Source: an uncultured Gaiellales bacterium
Lineage (GTDB): Bacteria; Actinomycetota; Thermoleophilia; Gaiellales; Gaiellaceae
DNA length: 64,000 nucleotides
Direction of reading: 5' to 3'
Assembly (NCBI GenBank): GCA_964496175.1
Contig: CAZBYA010000005.1
Coordinates: 6,481 to 70,480, forward strand
Below the pieces are notes generated by a model. That model searched no databases. It saw only the letters and a list, made by a program, of their open reading frames with translations, and was not told the origin of the DNA. The translations under genes were made by a program, and so were the position numbers. Shown here one piece after another: positions 7,970 through 15,781 of this stretch. Positions within the stretch are counted from its first letter, which is position 1; each line of letters starts with the position of its first letter.

Positions 7970-7995
7970 CTCCGCGAGAGCGGCCCCCGCTGCGC

Positions 7996-8025
7996 ACGAT
8001 GCGCCCCGGCGACGGGGCGCATCGT
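7996..8025. terminator. Hairpin between convergent genes (13-bp stem, GCGA loop)
   Basis: ACGATGCGCCCCG-GCGA-CGGGGCGCATCGT is a perfect hairpin, followed by 'cgttctc'. It lies between the stops at 7969 (+) and 8031 (-). Confidence 0.5.
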
Positions 8026-8030
8026 CGTTC

Positions 8031-8987
8031 TCAGCCCATCGTCAGGACGATCTTGCCGAGCTGCTCGCCCGCCTCGAGCCGCTCGTGCGCCGCGCGCGCC
8101 TCGGCGAGCGGGAACGTGCGGTCGACGATCGGCCGGGCGCGGCCGGACGCGATCAGGTCGTACGCGCCGCGAAAGTCGTCCGGCGTCCCCATCGACGAGC
8201 CGAGGATCGACAGCTGCTTCCACCAGACGCGGTGCAGCGCCGACGGCGGGTTCGGGCCCGTGGTCGCGCCACAGACGACGATCCGCCCTTCGGGCCGGGC
8301 GGCCTCCAGCGTCCGCTTCCACGTCGCCTCGCCGACGTCGTCGACGACGACGTGCGCGCCGCTTTCGGTCACCTCGCGCACCAGGGAGACGACGTCGTCG
8401 GTCTCGTGGTTCACGGTCGCGTCGGCGCCGAGCTCGCGCGCCCGCTGGAGCTTCGCGTCGCTCGACGACGTGACGACGGTGCGGGCGCCGAGCGCCTTCG
8501 CGAGCTCGAACGCCGCGGTCGCGACGCCGCCGCCGATCCCCCAGACGAGCACCCACTCGCCCGCCTCCAGGCGCGCACGCGTCACCAGCATCCGGTAGGC
8601 GGTCAGGAAGACCAGCGGGAAGGCGGCTGCCTCCTCGAAGCTCAGGTCGCCCGGGATCGGGTGGACGTAGTCGCGCGGGACCGCGATCAGCTCCGCGTGG
8701 GTGCCGTCCATCGTCTCGCCGACGATGTGCATCTTCCCGCCGCGCAGGATCCCGGGGTTGATGACGACCCGCTCGTCGGTGCCGGCGAGCACCCCCGCAC
8801 CGTCCGCGCCGAGGATGCGTGGCTTCGGCACCGCCGGCATCCCCTTCCTGATCCAGACGTCGAGGTGGTTCAGCGACGCGGCCCTGAGCTCGACCAGCAC
8901 CTCGCCGTCGCCGGGCTCGGGGTCCGCCACGTCCTCGTAGCGCAGCACCTCGGGGCCGCCGTCCTCGTGGATGCGTATCGCCTTCAC
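8031..8987 (-). CDS. Zinc-type alcohol dehydrogenase / NADPH:quinone oxidoreductase family (MDR superfamily)
   Basis: 318 aa. 'MKAIRIHEDGGPEVL...VELRAASLNHLDVWIRKG' and Rossmann segment 'VLVWGIGGGVATAAFELAKALGA'. Confidence 0.85.
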   Translation of the reverse strand: MKAIRIHEDGGPEVLRYEDVADPEPGDGEVLVELRAASLNHLDVWIRKGMPAVPKPRILGADGAGVLAGTDERVVINPGILRGGKMHIVGETMDGTHAELIAVPRDYVHPIPGDLSFEEAAAFPLVFLTAYRMLVTRARLEAGEWVLVWGIGGGVATAAFELAKALGARTVVTSSSDAKLQRARELGADATVNHETDDVVSLVREVTESGAHVVVDDVGEATWKRTLEAARPEGRIVVCGATTGPNPPSALHRVWWKQLSILGSSMGTPDDFRGAYDLIASGRARPIVDRTFPLAEARAAHERLEAGEQLGKIVLTMG

Positions 8988-9004
8988 GCGGGCACAATCC
9001 TCGC

Positions 9005-9997
9005 ATGACCGGGGCGGACGTACGGCGCCTGGCGGACGAGCTCGGCCTGGACGCGGTCGGGATCGCCCGCGCCGAGGCCTACGAGCGGACGGAAGCGCAC
9101 ATCCGCGAGCGCCGCGCCCGCGGGCTGTTCGCCGACCTCCGCTTCACGATCGCGCACCCGGAGCGCTCCTGCCATCCGGAGACGCTGCTCGACGGCGCGC
9201 GCAGCGTCGTCTCGGCGGCGCTCTGCTACTGGCGCCCGGAGACGCCGCTCGAGCGGGGTCATGGTCGGCTCGCGCGGTACACGTGGGACGACGCCTACGC
9301 CGTGCTGCGCGAGCGCCTCGACGCGCTCGGCCGCGCGCTCGGCGGCTCGTACCGCGTCCTGGTCGACGCGAACCAGCACGTCGACCGCGAGGCGGCCGCG
9401 CGGAGCGGCGTCGGCTTCTACGGCAAGAACACGATGCTGATCACGCGGCGCCACGGCTCGTGGGTCGTGCTCGGCACGCTCGTCACCGACGTCGAGCTCG
9501 AACCGACACCGCCGCTCGCCACCGACTGCGGCGAGTGCCGTCTCTGCGTCGACGCGTGCCCGACAGGGGCGCTCGACGAGCCCGGCGTACTCGACGCGTC
9601 GAGGTGCCTGTCCTACTGGACGCAGGCGCCGGCGCCGATCCCGGAGGCGTACCGGGCGGAGCTCGGCGCGCAGGTGTACGGCTGCGACATCTGCCAAGAC
9701 GTGTGCCCCTGGAACCGAGGTGTCGAGAAGCGACGCGCGGACGCGGAGGGGGGCGGGGGCCACGTCGACCTGGTCGCCTGGCTGGAGGCCGACGGGCGAG
9801 AGCTCGTCCAGGAGTACGACCGCCTGTACGTCCCGCGGAACGACGCGCGCTGGCTGCGGCGCAACGTGCTCGTCGCGCTCGGCAACGTTGGCGGGCCCGA
9901 GCACGAGCCGGTGCTCGCGCGTCACGCCTCGGGCGACGACGAGCTGCTCGCCGAGCACGCGGCGTGGGCGCTCGCGCGCGTGCGGGAGCGCGGGTGA
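9005..9997 (+). CDS. queG: Epoxyqueuosine reductase
   Basis: 'GFYGKNTMLI', two 4Fe-4S motifs ('CGECRLCVDACPTGA', 'CDICQDVCPWN') and a C-terminal HEAT-like 'RRNVLVALGN'. Confidence 0.9.
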   Translation: MTGADVRRLADELGLDAVGIARAEAYERTEAHIRERRARGLFADLRFTIAHPERSCHPETLLDGARSVVSAALCYWRPETPLERGHGRLARYTWDDAYAVLRERLDALGRALGGSYRVLVDANQHVDREAAARSGVGFYGKNTMLITRRHGSWVVLGTLVTDVELEPTPPLATDCGECRLCVDACPTGALDEPGVLDASRCLSYWTQAPAPIPEAYRAELGAQVYGCDICQDVCPWNRGVEKRRADAEGGGGHVDLVAWLEADGRELVQEYDRLYVPRNDARWLRRNVLVALGNVGGPEHEPVLARHASGDDELLAEHAAWALARVRERG

Positions 9998-11763
9998 ACG
10001 AGCGCTTCCGGACACACCAGCTCGAGTGGTGGATCGGCGTCGTGCGCCTCGCGGCCGTCCCCTTCGCCGTGCTCCAGATCGCGCTGACGAATGACTACCC
10101 GCCGGGTGAGCGCCTCGCGGCGTGGGCGCTGACGGCCGCGTTCGCGGCCGGCGCGCTCGTCCTGTTCCTGCTGGCGCAACGCCCGACCGGCACCCGCTTC
10201 GCGTACGTCGCCCTGGCCTTCGACTTCGCGGTCGTGTGTGCCTACGTGATCCTGTTCGCGTTCGAGCCGGGGACGCCGACGAGGCAGCTCCTCCTGGTCG
10301 GCGTCGTCGAGGGCGCCGTTCGCTTCGGTGTGGCCGGCGGCGTCGCGACCGCGGCTGCGGCCGTGCCGGCCGCCGCCTGGTTCGAGGCCCGCCGCTCGGG
10401 CTTCGTCCACGGCGGCTACCGCATCGACTACGTCACCTTCCAGGCGGGCGTCGGGCTGATCATGGCGCTGCTCGTCGGGTGGCTCGTCAGCCGCGTGACG
10501 GCCGAGCGCGCGCTCGCCGAGCAGCGGGCGTCGGAAGCCGAGTCGCTGCGCGATGAGCTCGGGCGCCGCGCCGACCTGCTCGAGTCCGCGAACCGCTGCG
10601 CCCGCGCCCTCAGTTCCTCGCTCGACCTCGACGAGGCGTTCTCGGCGTTTCTCCGTGAGCTCCGGGCCTTCGTCCCGTTCGAGCGGATGGCGATCGTGCT
10701 CGTGGACGAGGATGTGGCCCGTGTGATCGCGACCTCCGGGACGCGCGCCGACGAGGTGATGCCGCCCGGCTCGCGGATCAGCCTCGAGCGGAACGTGCTG
10801 ACGGAGGTGGTCGCACGCGGGCAGACGATCGTGCGCGGGCGGATGCCGGACGACCGCTACGCGGAGGAAGAGCGGCTGGTCGAGCTCGGCATCCAGAGCC
10901 GTCTCGTCGCACCGCTCCAGGTGGGAGCGCGCACGATCGGCCTCATCTCGGTCGGCCGCGCCGAGCCGGACGCGTTCGACGACCACGACGTCGAGCTGAT
11001 GACGCTGCTCGGCAGGCTCGCCGCGTCCGCGATCCAGAACATCCGCGCCTACGAGAGCGAGCGGCGCACCGTCGACGAGCTACGGAGGCTGTCTGCGCTG
11101 CGCGCGGACTTCGTCTCGCTCGTCTCGCACGAGCTGCGCAGCCCGATGGCGGCCGTGATCGGGGCGGCGCGGACGCTCCAGCAGCGGTGGCGCGAGCTCC
11201 AGCCGGGCCAGCGCGAGGCGTTCCTCGCCCTGATCGCCGACGAGACGACGCGGCTCGCGGAGCTGATCGGCGACGTGCTCGACACGTCGCGGATCGACGC
11301 GGGCACGTTCACGTACCGGTTCCGCGACGTCGACCTCGTCGCGCTCGTGCACGAGACGGTCGCCACGGCGCTCGTCGGCCAGGACGAGGTGCCGGTGCTG
11401 GCCGACGTGCCGGCGACGCTGCCCCTCATCCGCGGCGACGCCGACCGGCTGCGGCAGGTGCTCGCGAACCTGATCGACAACGCCGTCAAGTACTCGCCGG
11501 CCGGCCGGGCCGTGGAGGTGCGGGCGGCGCAGCGCGACGGCTCCGTCGTCGTCTCGGTCTCCGACGGCGGGCCGGGGATCGCCCACGACGAGCACCGGCT
11601 GATCTTCGAGAAGTTCGGCCGCGTCGCGAGCGGCAACTCCAAGCCCGGGACCGGGCTCGGGCTCTACATCGCGCGCTCGATCGCCGAGGCGCACGGCGGC
11701 ACGCTCGACGTCGCGTCCACGCCCGGCCGGGGCGCAACGTTCACGCTGAGACTTCCCGTTTAG
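9994..11763 (+). CDS. Membrane-bound GAF-domain sensor histidine kinase
   Basis: GTG start overlaps the queG stop (GTGA). It has N-terminal hydrophobic segments and a GAF-like middle region. H-box 'LVSHELRSPMAAV' and ATPase boxes 'NLIDNAVKYSP', 'DGGPGI', 'GTGLGLYIARSIAEAHGG' are present. Confidence 0.85.
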   Translation: MNERFRTHQLEWWIGVVRLAAVPFAVLQIALTNDYPPGERLAAWALTAAFAAGALVLFLLAQRPTGTRFAYVALAFDFAVVCAYVILFAFEPGTPTRQLLLVGVVEGAVRFGVAGGVATAAAAVPAAAWFEARRSGFVHGGYRIDYVTFQAGVGLIMALLVGWLVSRVTAERALAEQRASEAESLRDELGRRADLLESANRCARALSSSLDLDEAFSAFLRELRAFVPFERMAIVLVDEDVARVIATSGTRADEVMPPGSRISLERNVLTEVVARGQTIVRGRMPDDRYAEEERLVELGIQSRLVAPLQVGARTIGLISVGRAEPDAFDDHDVELMTLLGRLAASAIQNIRAYESERRTVDELRRLSALRADFVSLVSHELRSPMAAVIGAARTLQQRWRELQPGQREAFLALIADETTRLAELIGDVLDTSRIDAGTFTYRFRDVDLVALVHETVATALVGQDEVPVLADVPATLPLIRGDADRLRQVLANLIDNAVKYSPAGRAVEVRAAQRDGSVVVSVSDGGPGIAHDEHRLIFEKFGRVASGNSKPGTGLGLYIARSIAEAHGGTLDVASTPGRGATFTLRLPV

Positions 11764-13759
11764 GCCGAAGCTCGGCCGCGAGCTCGCGGGCGCGCAGGGC
11801 GACGCGGTTGCGCAGCTCCGGCGGGCCGAGCACGACCGCATCGCCGCGGTAGGACACGACCTCGCCGACGAGCCACTCGGCGCTGCCGACCGCCTTCTCC
11901 GCGACCGCCGCGCCGTCGACGAGCGGGCGCGCGCCCTTCTCGACCTCCCACCGCGCGACCGCCGGCGAGTACCAGATGCGGGCGGTCGTGGCGTGGTGGA
12001 GCTCGGACGGGTCGAACCCCTCGCGCGGCGCGAACGACTTGCGCAGCAGCTTCGCCTTGCGCATGCGATCGAGGCGGTACGAGCGCGGCTGGTCGCGCTC
12101 GACGTCCCACGTGTGCACGTACCAGTGCGGCAGCCGGCGCTCGATCGCGTACGGCTCGACCGTCCGCGTGACCGCGCCCCGCTCCTCCGGCTTCAGGTAC
12201 TCGAGCTCCACGAGCCGGTGCTCCTGGATCCCGAGCGTCAGCGTCTGCACGAGGTCCTCCTCCTCGCCGACGTGCGGCGCGGGCGTCTGCGTGAGGTCGA
12301 ACGCGCCGAACGTCTCCTCGAGCTTCGCGCGTACGCGGTCGAGCGGCGCGTGCGCGCCCGCCGCGACCATCGGCCCCACGAACTCGAGCGCGAGCCGGAT
12401 CGCGCGCGCCTCGAGCGGCGTCAGGCGCGGCGGGCGCCTGAAGGTGTCGCCGAACAGCTCCTTGTCGACGTGCACCTCGTCGCCGTGGAGCTCCGCGTAG
12501 ACGGCATAGCAGCCGCCGCCGAAGTTGACGAGGTTCAGCAGCGAGAGGTGCTCCTCGAGCTGGTCGGGCGGGATCGAGAAGCGCCCGGACAGCTCCTCCG
12601 CCGGGATCGTCGCCTCGCGCTCGTCGCCGCAGGCGGCGAGCAGGTAGGCGAGCAGCGACTGGAGGACGCCGAAGCGCTCGGGCGCGACGGGGCCCGCCGG
12701 GCGGTCGGCCGCCGTGTCGGCCTCGCCCGCCAGCTCCTCCGCGGCGGGCGTCGTCGGTGCGCCCTCGTGCGCGTGGCGCGCCGCCCGCGCACCCTCGACG
12801 ACGAGGCGCCGCAGCTCCGAGGGCTCGAGCGGGATCGCCCGGCCGTCCTGCCGCAGGATCCAGCGCGCGAGCAGGTGCGACGACGCGTACTGCGTGACGA
12901 AGACGTCGCCCTCGACGCGGTTGCGCTCGCCGCCGTACGCGCGCTCCACCCACCAGGCGGTGTCGGGCGCGACCTCGATCCGCGCCTCGCCGACGACGTC
13001 GCCGAACTGCCAGTCGGCGCGGCCGCGGTAGTCCTCCACGTCGAACTCCGGCGGCAGGCGGAAGTCGCGCTCGCGGCGCGTCGCGAAGCGGATGTCGGAG
13101 CGGATGCGCGACACGCGGAAGGTGCGGATGTCGTCCCGCTCCAGGTCGTGCCCGATCACGTACCACGAGCCGTTCTCGGGGAGGAGGGCGTAGGGATTGA
13201 GCGTCCGCTCCTCCTCCTCGTCGCGGTAGATCGACCAGTAGCGGAACTTGACGGTGCGCTGCTTCGAGATCGCGCCCTCGAGCTTGCCGAGCCGTCCCTG
13301 CAGCTCGGGCGAGTAGTCGGGGTCGCGCACCTCCACCCGCACGGCCGTGCCGGTCGGCGCCGCCTCGAGCGCGCCGGCCGAGCGGCCGAGCGCCAGGTTC
13401 TGGAGCGCGAGCCGGAGCGGCTCGGCGTACGCAAAGCGTCCCTCGAGCAGGAAGAAGCACGTCTGGAGCGCCGCCAGCTCCTCGTCGTCGAGCTCGAGCT
13501 CCGGCAGGAAGTAGCGCTCCGAGCGGAGGGTGTACAGCTCCTCGCCCGTGAACTCGTCCCGCTGGCTGTCGAGCGGCACCCCGAGCGAGACGAGCTCGGC
13601 GCGGTCGGAGTAGAACCGGCGCGCGAACGCCTCGTCGCTCATCTCCTGGTAGCCCTCGACGTTCGACTTGATGTCGCGCGCCGTCAACGGTCTGCGCTCC
13701 GCCATCAGGAACGCGACCAGCGAGAGCTGGCGGATCAGCTTGTCGGTGTCGTGGCTCAC
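11741..13759 (-). CDS. pafBC: Fused PafB/PafC-like HTH-WYL transcriptional regulator
   Basis: The 672-aa length is about twice that of a single PafB/PafC. The N-terminus 'KLIRQLSLVAFLMAERRPLTARDI...EAFARRFYSDRAELVSLGVPL' is typical, and a second HTH-WYL half begins around 'ERFGVLQSLLAYLLA'. GTG start. Confidence 0.75.
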   Translation of the reverse strand: MSHDTDKLIRQLSLVAFLMAERRPLTARDIKSNVEGYQEMSDEAFARRFYSDRAELVSLGVPLDSQRDEFTGEELYTLRSERYFLPELELDDEELAALQTCFFLLEGRFAYAEPLRLALQNLALGRSAGALEAAPTGTAVRVEVRDPDYSPELQGRLGKLEGAISKQRTVKFRYWSIYRDEEEERTLNPYALLPENGSWYVIGHDLERDDIRTFRVSRIRSDIRFATRRERDFRLPPEFDVEDYRGRADWQFGDVVGEARIEVAPDTAWWVERAYGGERNRVEGDVFVTQYASSHLLARWILRQDGRAIPLEPSELRRLVVEGARAARHAHEGAPTTPAAEELAGEADTAADRPAGPVAPERFGVLQSLLAYLLAACGDEREATIPAEELSGRFSIPPDQLEEHLSLLNLVNFGGGCYAVYAELHGDEVHVDKELFGDTFRRPPRLTPLEARAIRLALEFVGPMVAAGAHAPLDRVRAKLEETFGAFDLTQTPAPHVGEEEDLVQTLTLGIQEHRLVELEYLKPEERGAVTRTVEPYAIERRLPHWYVHTWDVERDQPRSYRLDRMRKAKLLRKSFAPREGFDPSELHHATTARIWYSPAVARWEVEKGARPLVDGAAVAEKAVGSAEWLVGEVVSYRGDAVVLGPPELRNRVALRARELAAELRPKREVSA

Positions 13760-13807
13760 CCCGAGGGGTCGAGCCTACAGTGACCGCGGCTTTCGCCGCG
13801 GCCCGAT

Positions 13808-14257
13808 CTATGCCGCGACCTTCGAGCGCTCGAGGTGCTGGTGGGACGGGCAGTAATCGCGGTCGGGCAGTGGCGTGCGCTGGCAGGGCTTGCCCTTCCG
13901 CGTGGTCGCGCGGCAGCGCGCGACCCCGCCGTCGAAGGCGCCCGCCTCGATCTGGTCCTCGACGAACGAGACCGCCGCGCAGACACCCTGCGTCACCGCC
14001 CAGGCGACCTGCGCCTGCACCGTGATCGGGAAGTAGCGGCGGATGTCCTGGAAGAGCGCCCGGTCGGGCTTCGCGAAGTAGTGCGGATCGGCCGCCAGCC
14101 GCTCCATCGTCCCCTCGCACGCCGCGAGCACCTCACGGCGGTACTCGAGCTGCGTGTTCTGGTCGACGTACGGGTCGATCAGATCCTTGATCGAGCGGTA
14201 GATCGCTCGCGAGTACTGATACATGCAGTGCTGGATGTGCAGGATCCGCTCGTCCAC
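13808..14257 (-). CDS. Hypothetical protein with C-terminal Cys/His zinc-knuckle-like motif
   Basis: GC3-rich frame. C-terminal 'CRATTRKGKPCQRTPLPDRDYCPSHQH'. The start is set at GTG 14255-14257; the track start (TTG 14293) is possible. Confidence 0.5.
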   Translation of the reverse strand: MDERILHIQHCMYQYSRAIYRSIKDLIDPYVDQNTQLEYRREVLAACEGTMERLAADPHYFAKPDRALFQDIRRYFPITVQAQVAWAVTQGVCAAVSFVEDQIEAGAFDGGVARCRATTRKGKPCQRTPLPDRDYCPSHQHLERSKVAA

Positions 14258-14447
14258 GGCGCTTCGGTTCGCTCCCTTCGACTCTAGCCGCAACCCTTTT
14301 AAGAAGCCGTAAATCCTTCTCCCCGGGACGCGACCGGGAGGACTCTAACATGCTCCCCGCCGCTGTCACAAATGTTTTCACTTCCGTAAACGGACGCAGC
14401 CGTCCACGGAGACCGCGTACCCGCGGGCCCGACCTTCACACATCGTG

Positions 14448-15182
14448 TTAGCGGGCGATCTGGCGTGAATAGGCGGTGCCGAAGCCCGCGGCGCGGGCCG
14501 TCGGCACCGCCGCGCCCGCATCGCCTCCGGTGCCGTAGACGCCGCTGAAGACCACCCAGTAGCCGGGTTGGAGGCTCGGGTAGCGGCTCGAGTCGAGGAC
14601 GCCCACCTGCGGCAACCCCGAGGCGGCGGCCTGCGAGGCCGTCCGGAACGCCGGGGCGGTGCCCCCGACCTTCGGGTAGGAGACGAGCACGACCGTCCAG
14701 CCGTTCTCGTTCGCCGGCCACTGGAGGCGGCCGTTCGGGGGCGCCGGCGGCGGCGCCGGGGCGGTCGTCGTCGCGGGTGCGGTCGTCGTGGCCGGGGCCG
14801 TGGTCGTCGCCGGGGCCGTGGTCGTCGCCGCCCCGGTCGTCGTCGGCACCGGCGTCGGCTGCGTCGTCGAGACCGGCTGCGTCGCCGCGATCGTCGTCGC
14901 GGCGGCCGCGCGACCGCTCATCGTCAGGCCCACGGCGACGCCGCCGCCCGCGAGGGCGACGCCGAGGGTCGCGAGCGAGATCCAGATCCAGTCGCCGGGG
15001 TACCAGCCGATCCTGCGGATCCAGCGCCGGCGCAGCGCCGGCAGCCGCCCGGTCACCGCCGGCAGCTCCAGGCCGCAGTCGAGGCAGTAGCGCTGGTCGG
15101 GCTGCCGCCGGGCGCCGCAGCGAGGGCACGTCTCGTCGGCGGCGGCGACCGCCTGCTCGCGCTCGTCGGCCGCGTTCGTCAC
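14448..15182 (-). CDS. Zinc-ribbon / single-TM / Thr-Pro-linker / SPOR-domain protein
   Basis: GTG start overlaps the upstream stop (GTGA). N-terminal 'CPRCG...YCLDCG', TM 'WIWISLATLGVALAGGGVAVGL' and an (ATTTAP)n linker. The C-terminal 'GWTVVLVSYP...GYWVVFSGVY...AGFGTAYSRQI' looks like a SPOR peptidoglycan-binding fold. Confidence 0.7.
   Translation of the reverse strand: MTNAADEREQAVAAADETCPRCGARRQPDQRYCLDCGLELPAVTGRLPALRRRWIRRIGWYPGDWIWISLATLGVALAGGGVAVGLTMSGRAAAATTIAATQPVSTTQPTPVPTTTGAATTTAPATTTAPATTTAPATTTAPAPPPAPPNGRLQWPANENGWTVVLVSYPKVGGTAPAFRTASQAAASGLPQVGVLDSSRYPSLQPGYWVVFSGVYGTGGDAGAAVPTARAAGFGTAYSRQIAR
14758..14847 (-). repeat. About five tandem 18-nt units encoding the A-T-T-T-A-P linker
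   Basis: Units such as 'ggggccgtggtcgtcgcc' are repeated head to tail; two copies are identical. They lie in-frame inside the SPOR-protein CDS. Confidence 0.8.
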
Positions 15183-15574
15183 GGCTCCGGCGCCGGCTCG
15201 ATCACCGTCTCCTCGGACGCGCCGTTGCCGGCGGCGGGGCCGACGGGACGGCCGCAGTTGGGGCAGAAGTGCGAGCCGCGCAGCAGCGGCGCGCCGCACT
15301 CGCACCGGGCGACGTTCCGGCGTGCGTGCAGCAGCTCGTCGATCTCGGCGAGGCGTGCGTCGATGCCGACGATCGCCGCGCAGCCCTCGGCTAGCAGGTC
15401 GTCGCGGAAGCCGCCGCGGCGGTACATCTCGACGAGCAGCCCGCCGACGTCGCGGAGGGCGTCCTCGCGCGCCTTCAGGAGCGCGCGGCGCTCGCGGCGC
15501 AGGAGCCCCGCGTGGGGCCGTCGCGGAGCGATCCCCTCGACCTCGGTCGCGCGCCGCCGGTGCAGCAGGGACAT
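15179..15574 (-). CDS. Coiled-coil protein with C-terminal zinc ribbon
   Basis: Start taken at ATG 15572-15574 ('MSLLHRRRA...'). C-terminal 'CECGAPLLRGSHFCPNCG'. The track ORF begins further upstream in what is better explained as a separate small gene in another frame. Confidence 0.6.
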   Translation of the reverse strand: MSLLHRRRATEVEGIAPRRPHAGLLRRERRALLKAREDALRDVGGLLVEMYRRGGFRDDLLAEGCAAIVGIDARLAEIDELLHARRNVARCECGAPLLRGSHFCPNCGRPVGPAAGNGASEETVIEPAPEP

Positions 15575-15599
15575 CCCGAGCGAGTCTAACGAGGCCGGC

Positions 15600-15761
15600 T
15601 TACGGCCTTCGGGTGCCGGCGGCGCGGCCGAAGCCGAGCAGGAACGCAATCAGGATCACGAGCCCGACCACCGCCACGATCGCTCCGCCCCACGGGAAGA
15701 CGACGAGGCCGATCAGCCCGATCACGAGCAGCGCGATGCCGACTCCGAGGCTTCCGGCCAC
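15600..15761 (-). CDS. Candidate 53-aa two-TM membrane peptide (absent from ORF track)
   Basis: Hand translation gives 'VAGSLGVGIALLVIGLIGLVVFPWGGAIVAVVGLVILIAFLLGFGRAAGTRRP*'. Nearly all codons end in G/C. An in-frame TGA lies two codons upstream of the GTG. The ORF exactly fills the gap between the ALDH and zinc-ribbon genes. Confidence 0.45.
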   Translation of the reverse strand: MAGSLGVGIALLVIGLIGLVVFPWGGAIVAVVGLVILIAFLLGFGRAAGTRRP

Positions 15762-15781
15762 GCCTCAGGTGTGACCCGAAG

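Noticed and set aside
8971-11763. Single 930-aa plus-strand ORF
   Set aside because: Its first ~340 aa are an out-of-frame Arg-rich reading of queG. The real kinase starts at GTG 9994, which overlaps the queG stop.
14342-14371. TTGTGA-18 nt-TAGAGT as a promoter or PafBC (RecA-NDp-type) motif upstream of the 13808-14257 gene
   Set aside because: The hexamers are plausible for a generic promoter. However, the sequence and spacing do not fit the TGTC(A/G)GTG-N8-TANNNT pattern I recall for PafBC targets. Support is too weak to list as a feature.
14758-14847. 18-nt tandem repeats as a CRISPR array or non-coding VNTR
   Set aside because: The units are contiguous with no spacers. They lie in-frame within a CDS and encode an ATTTAP linker.
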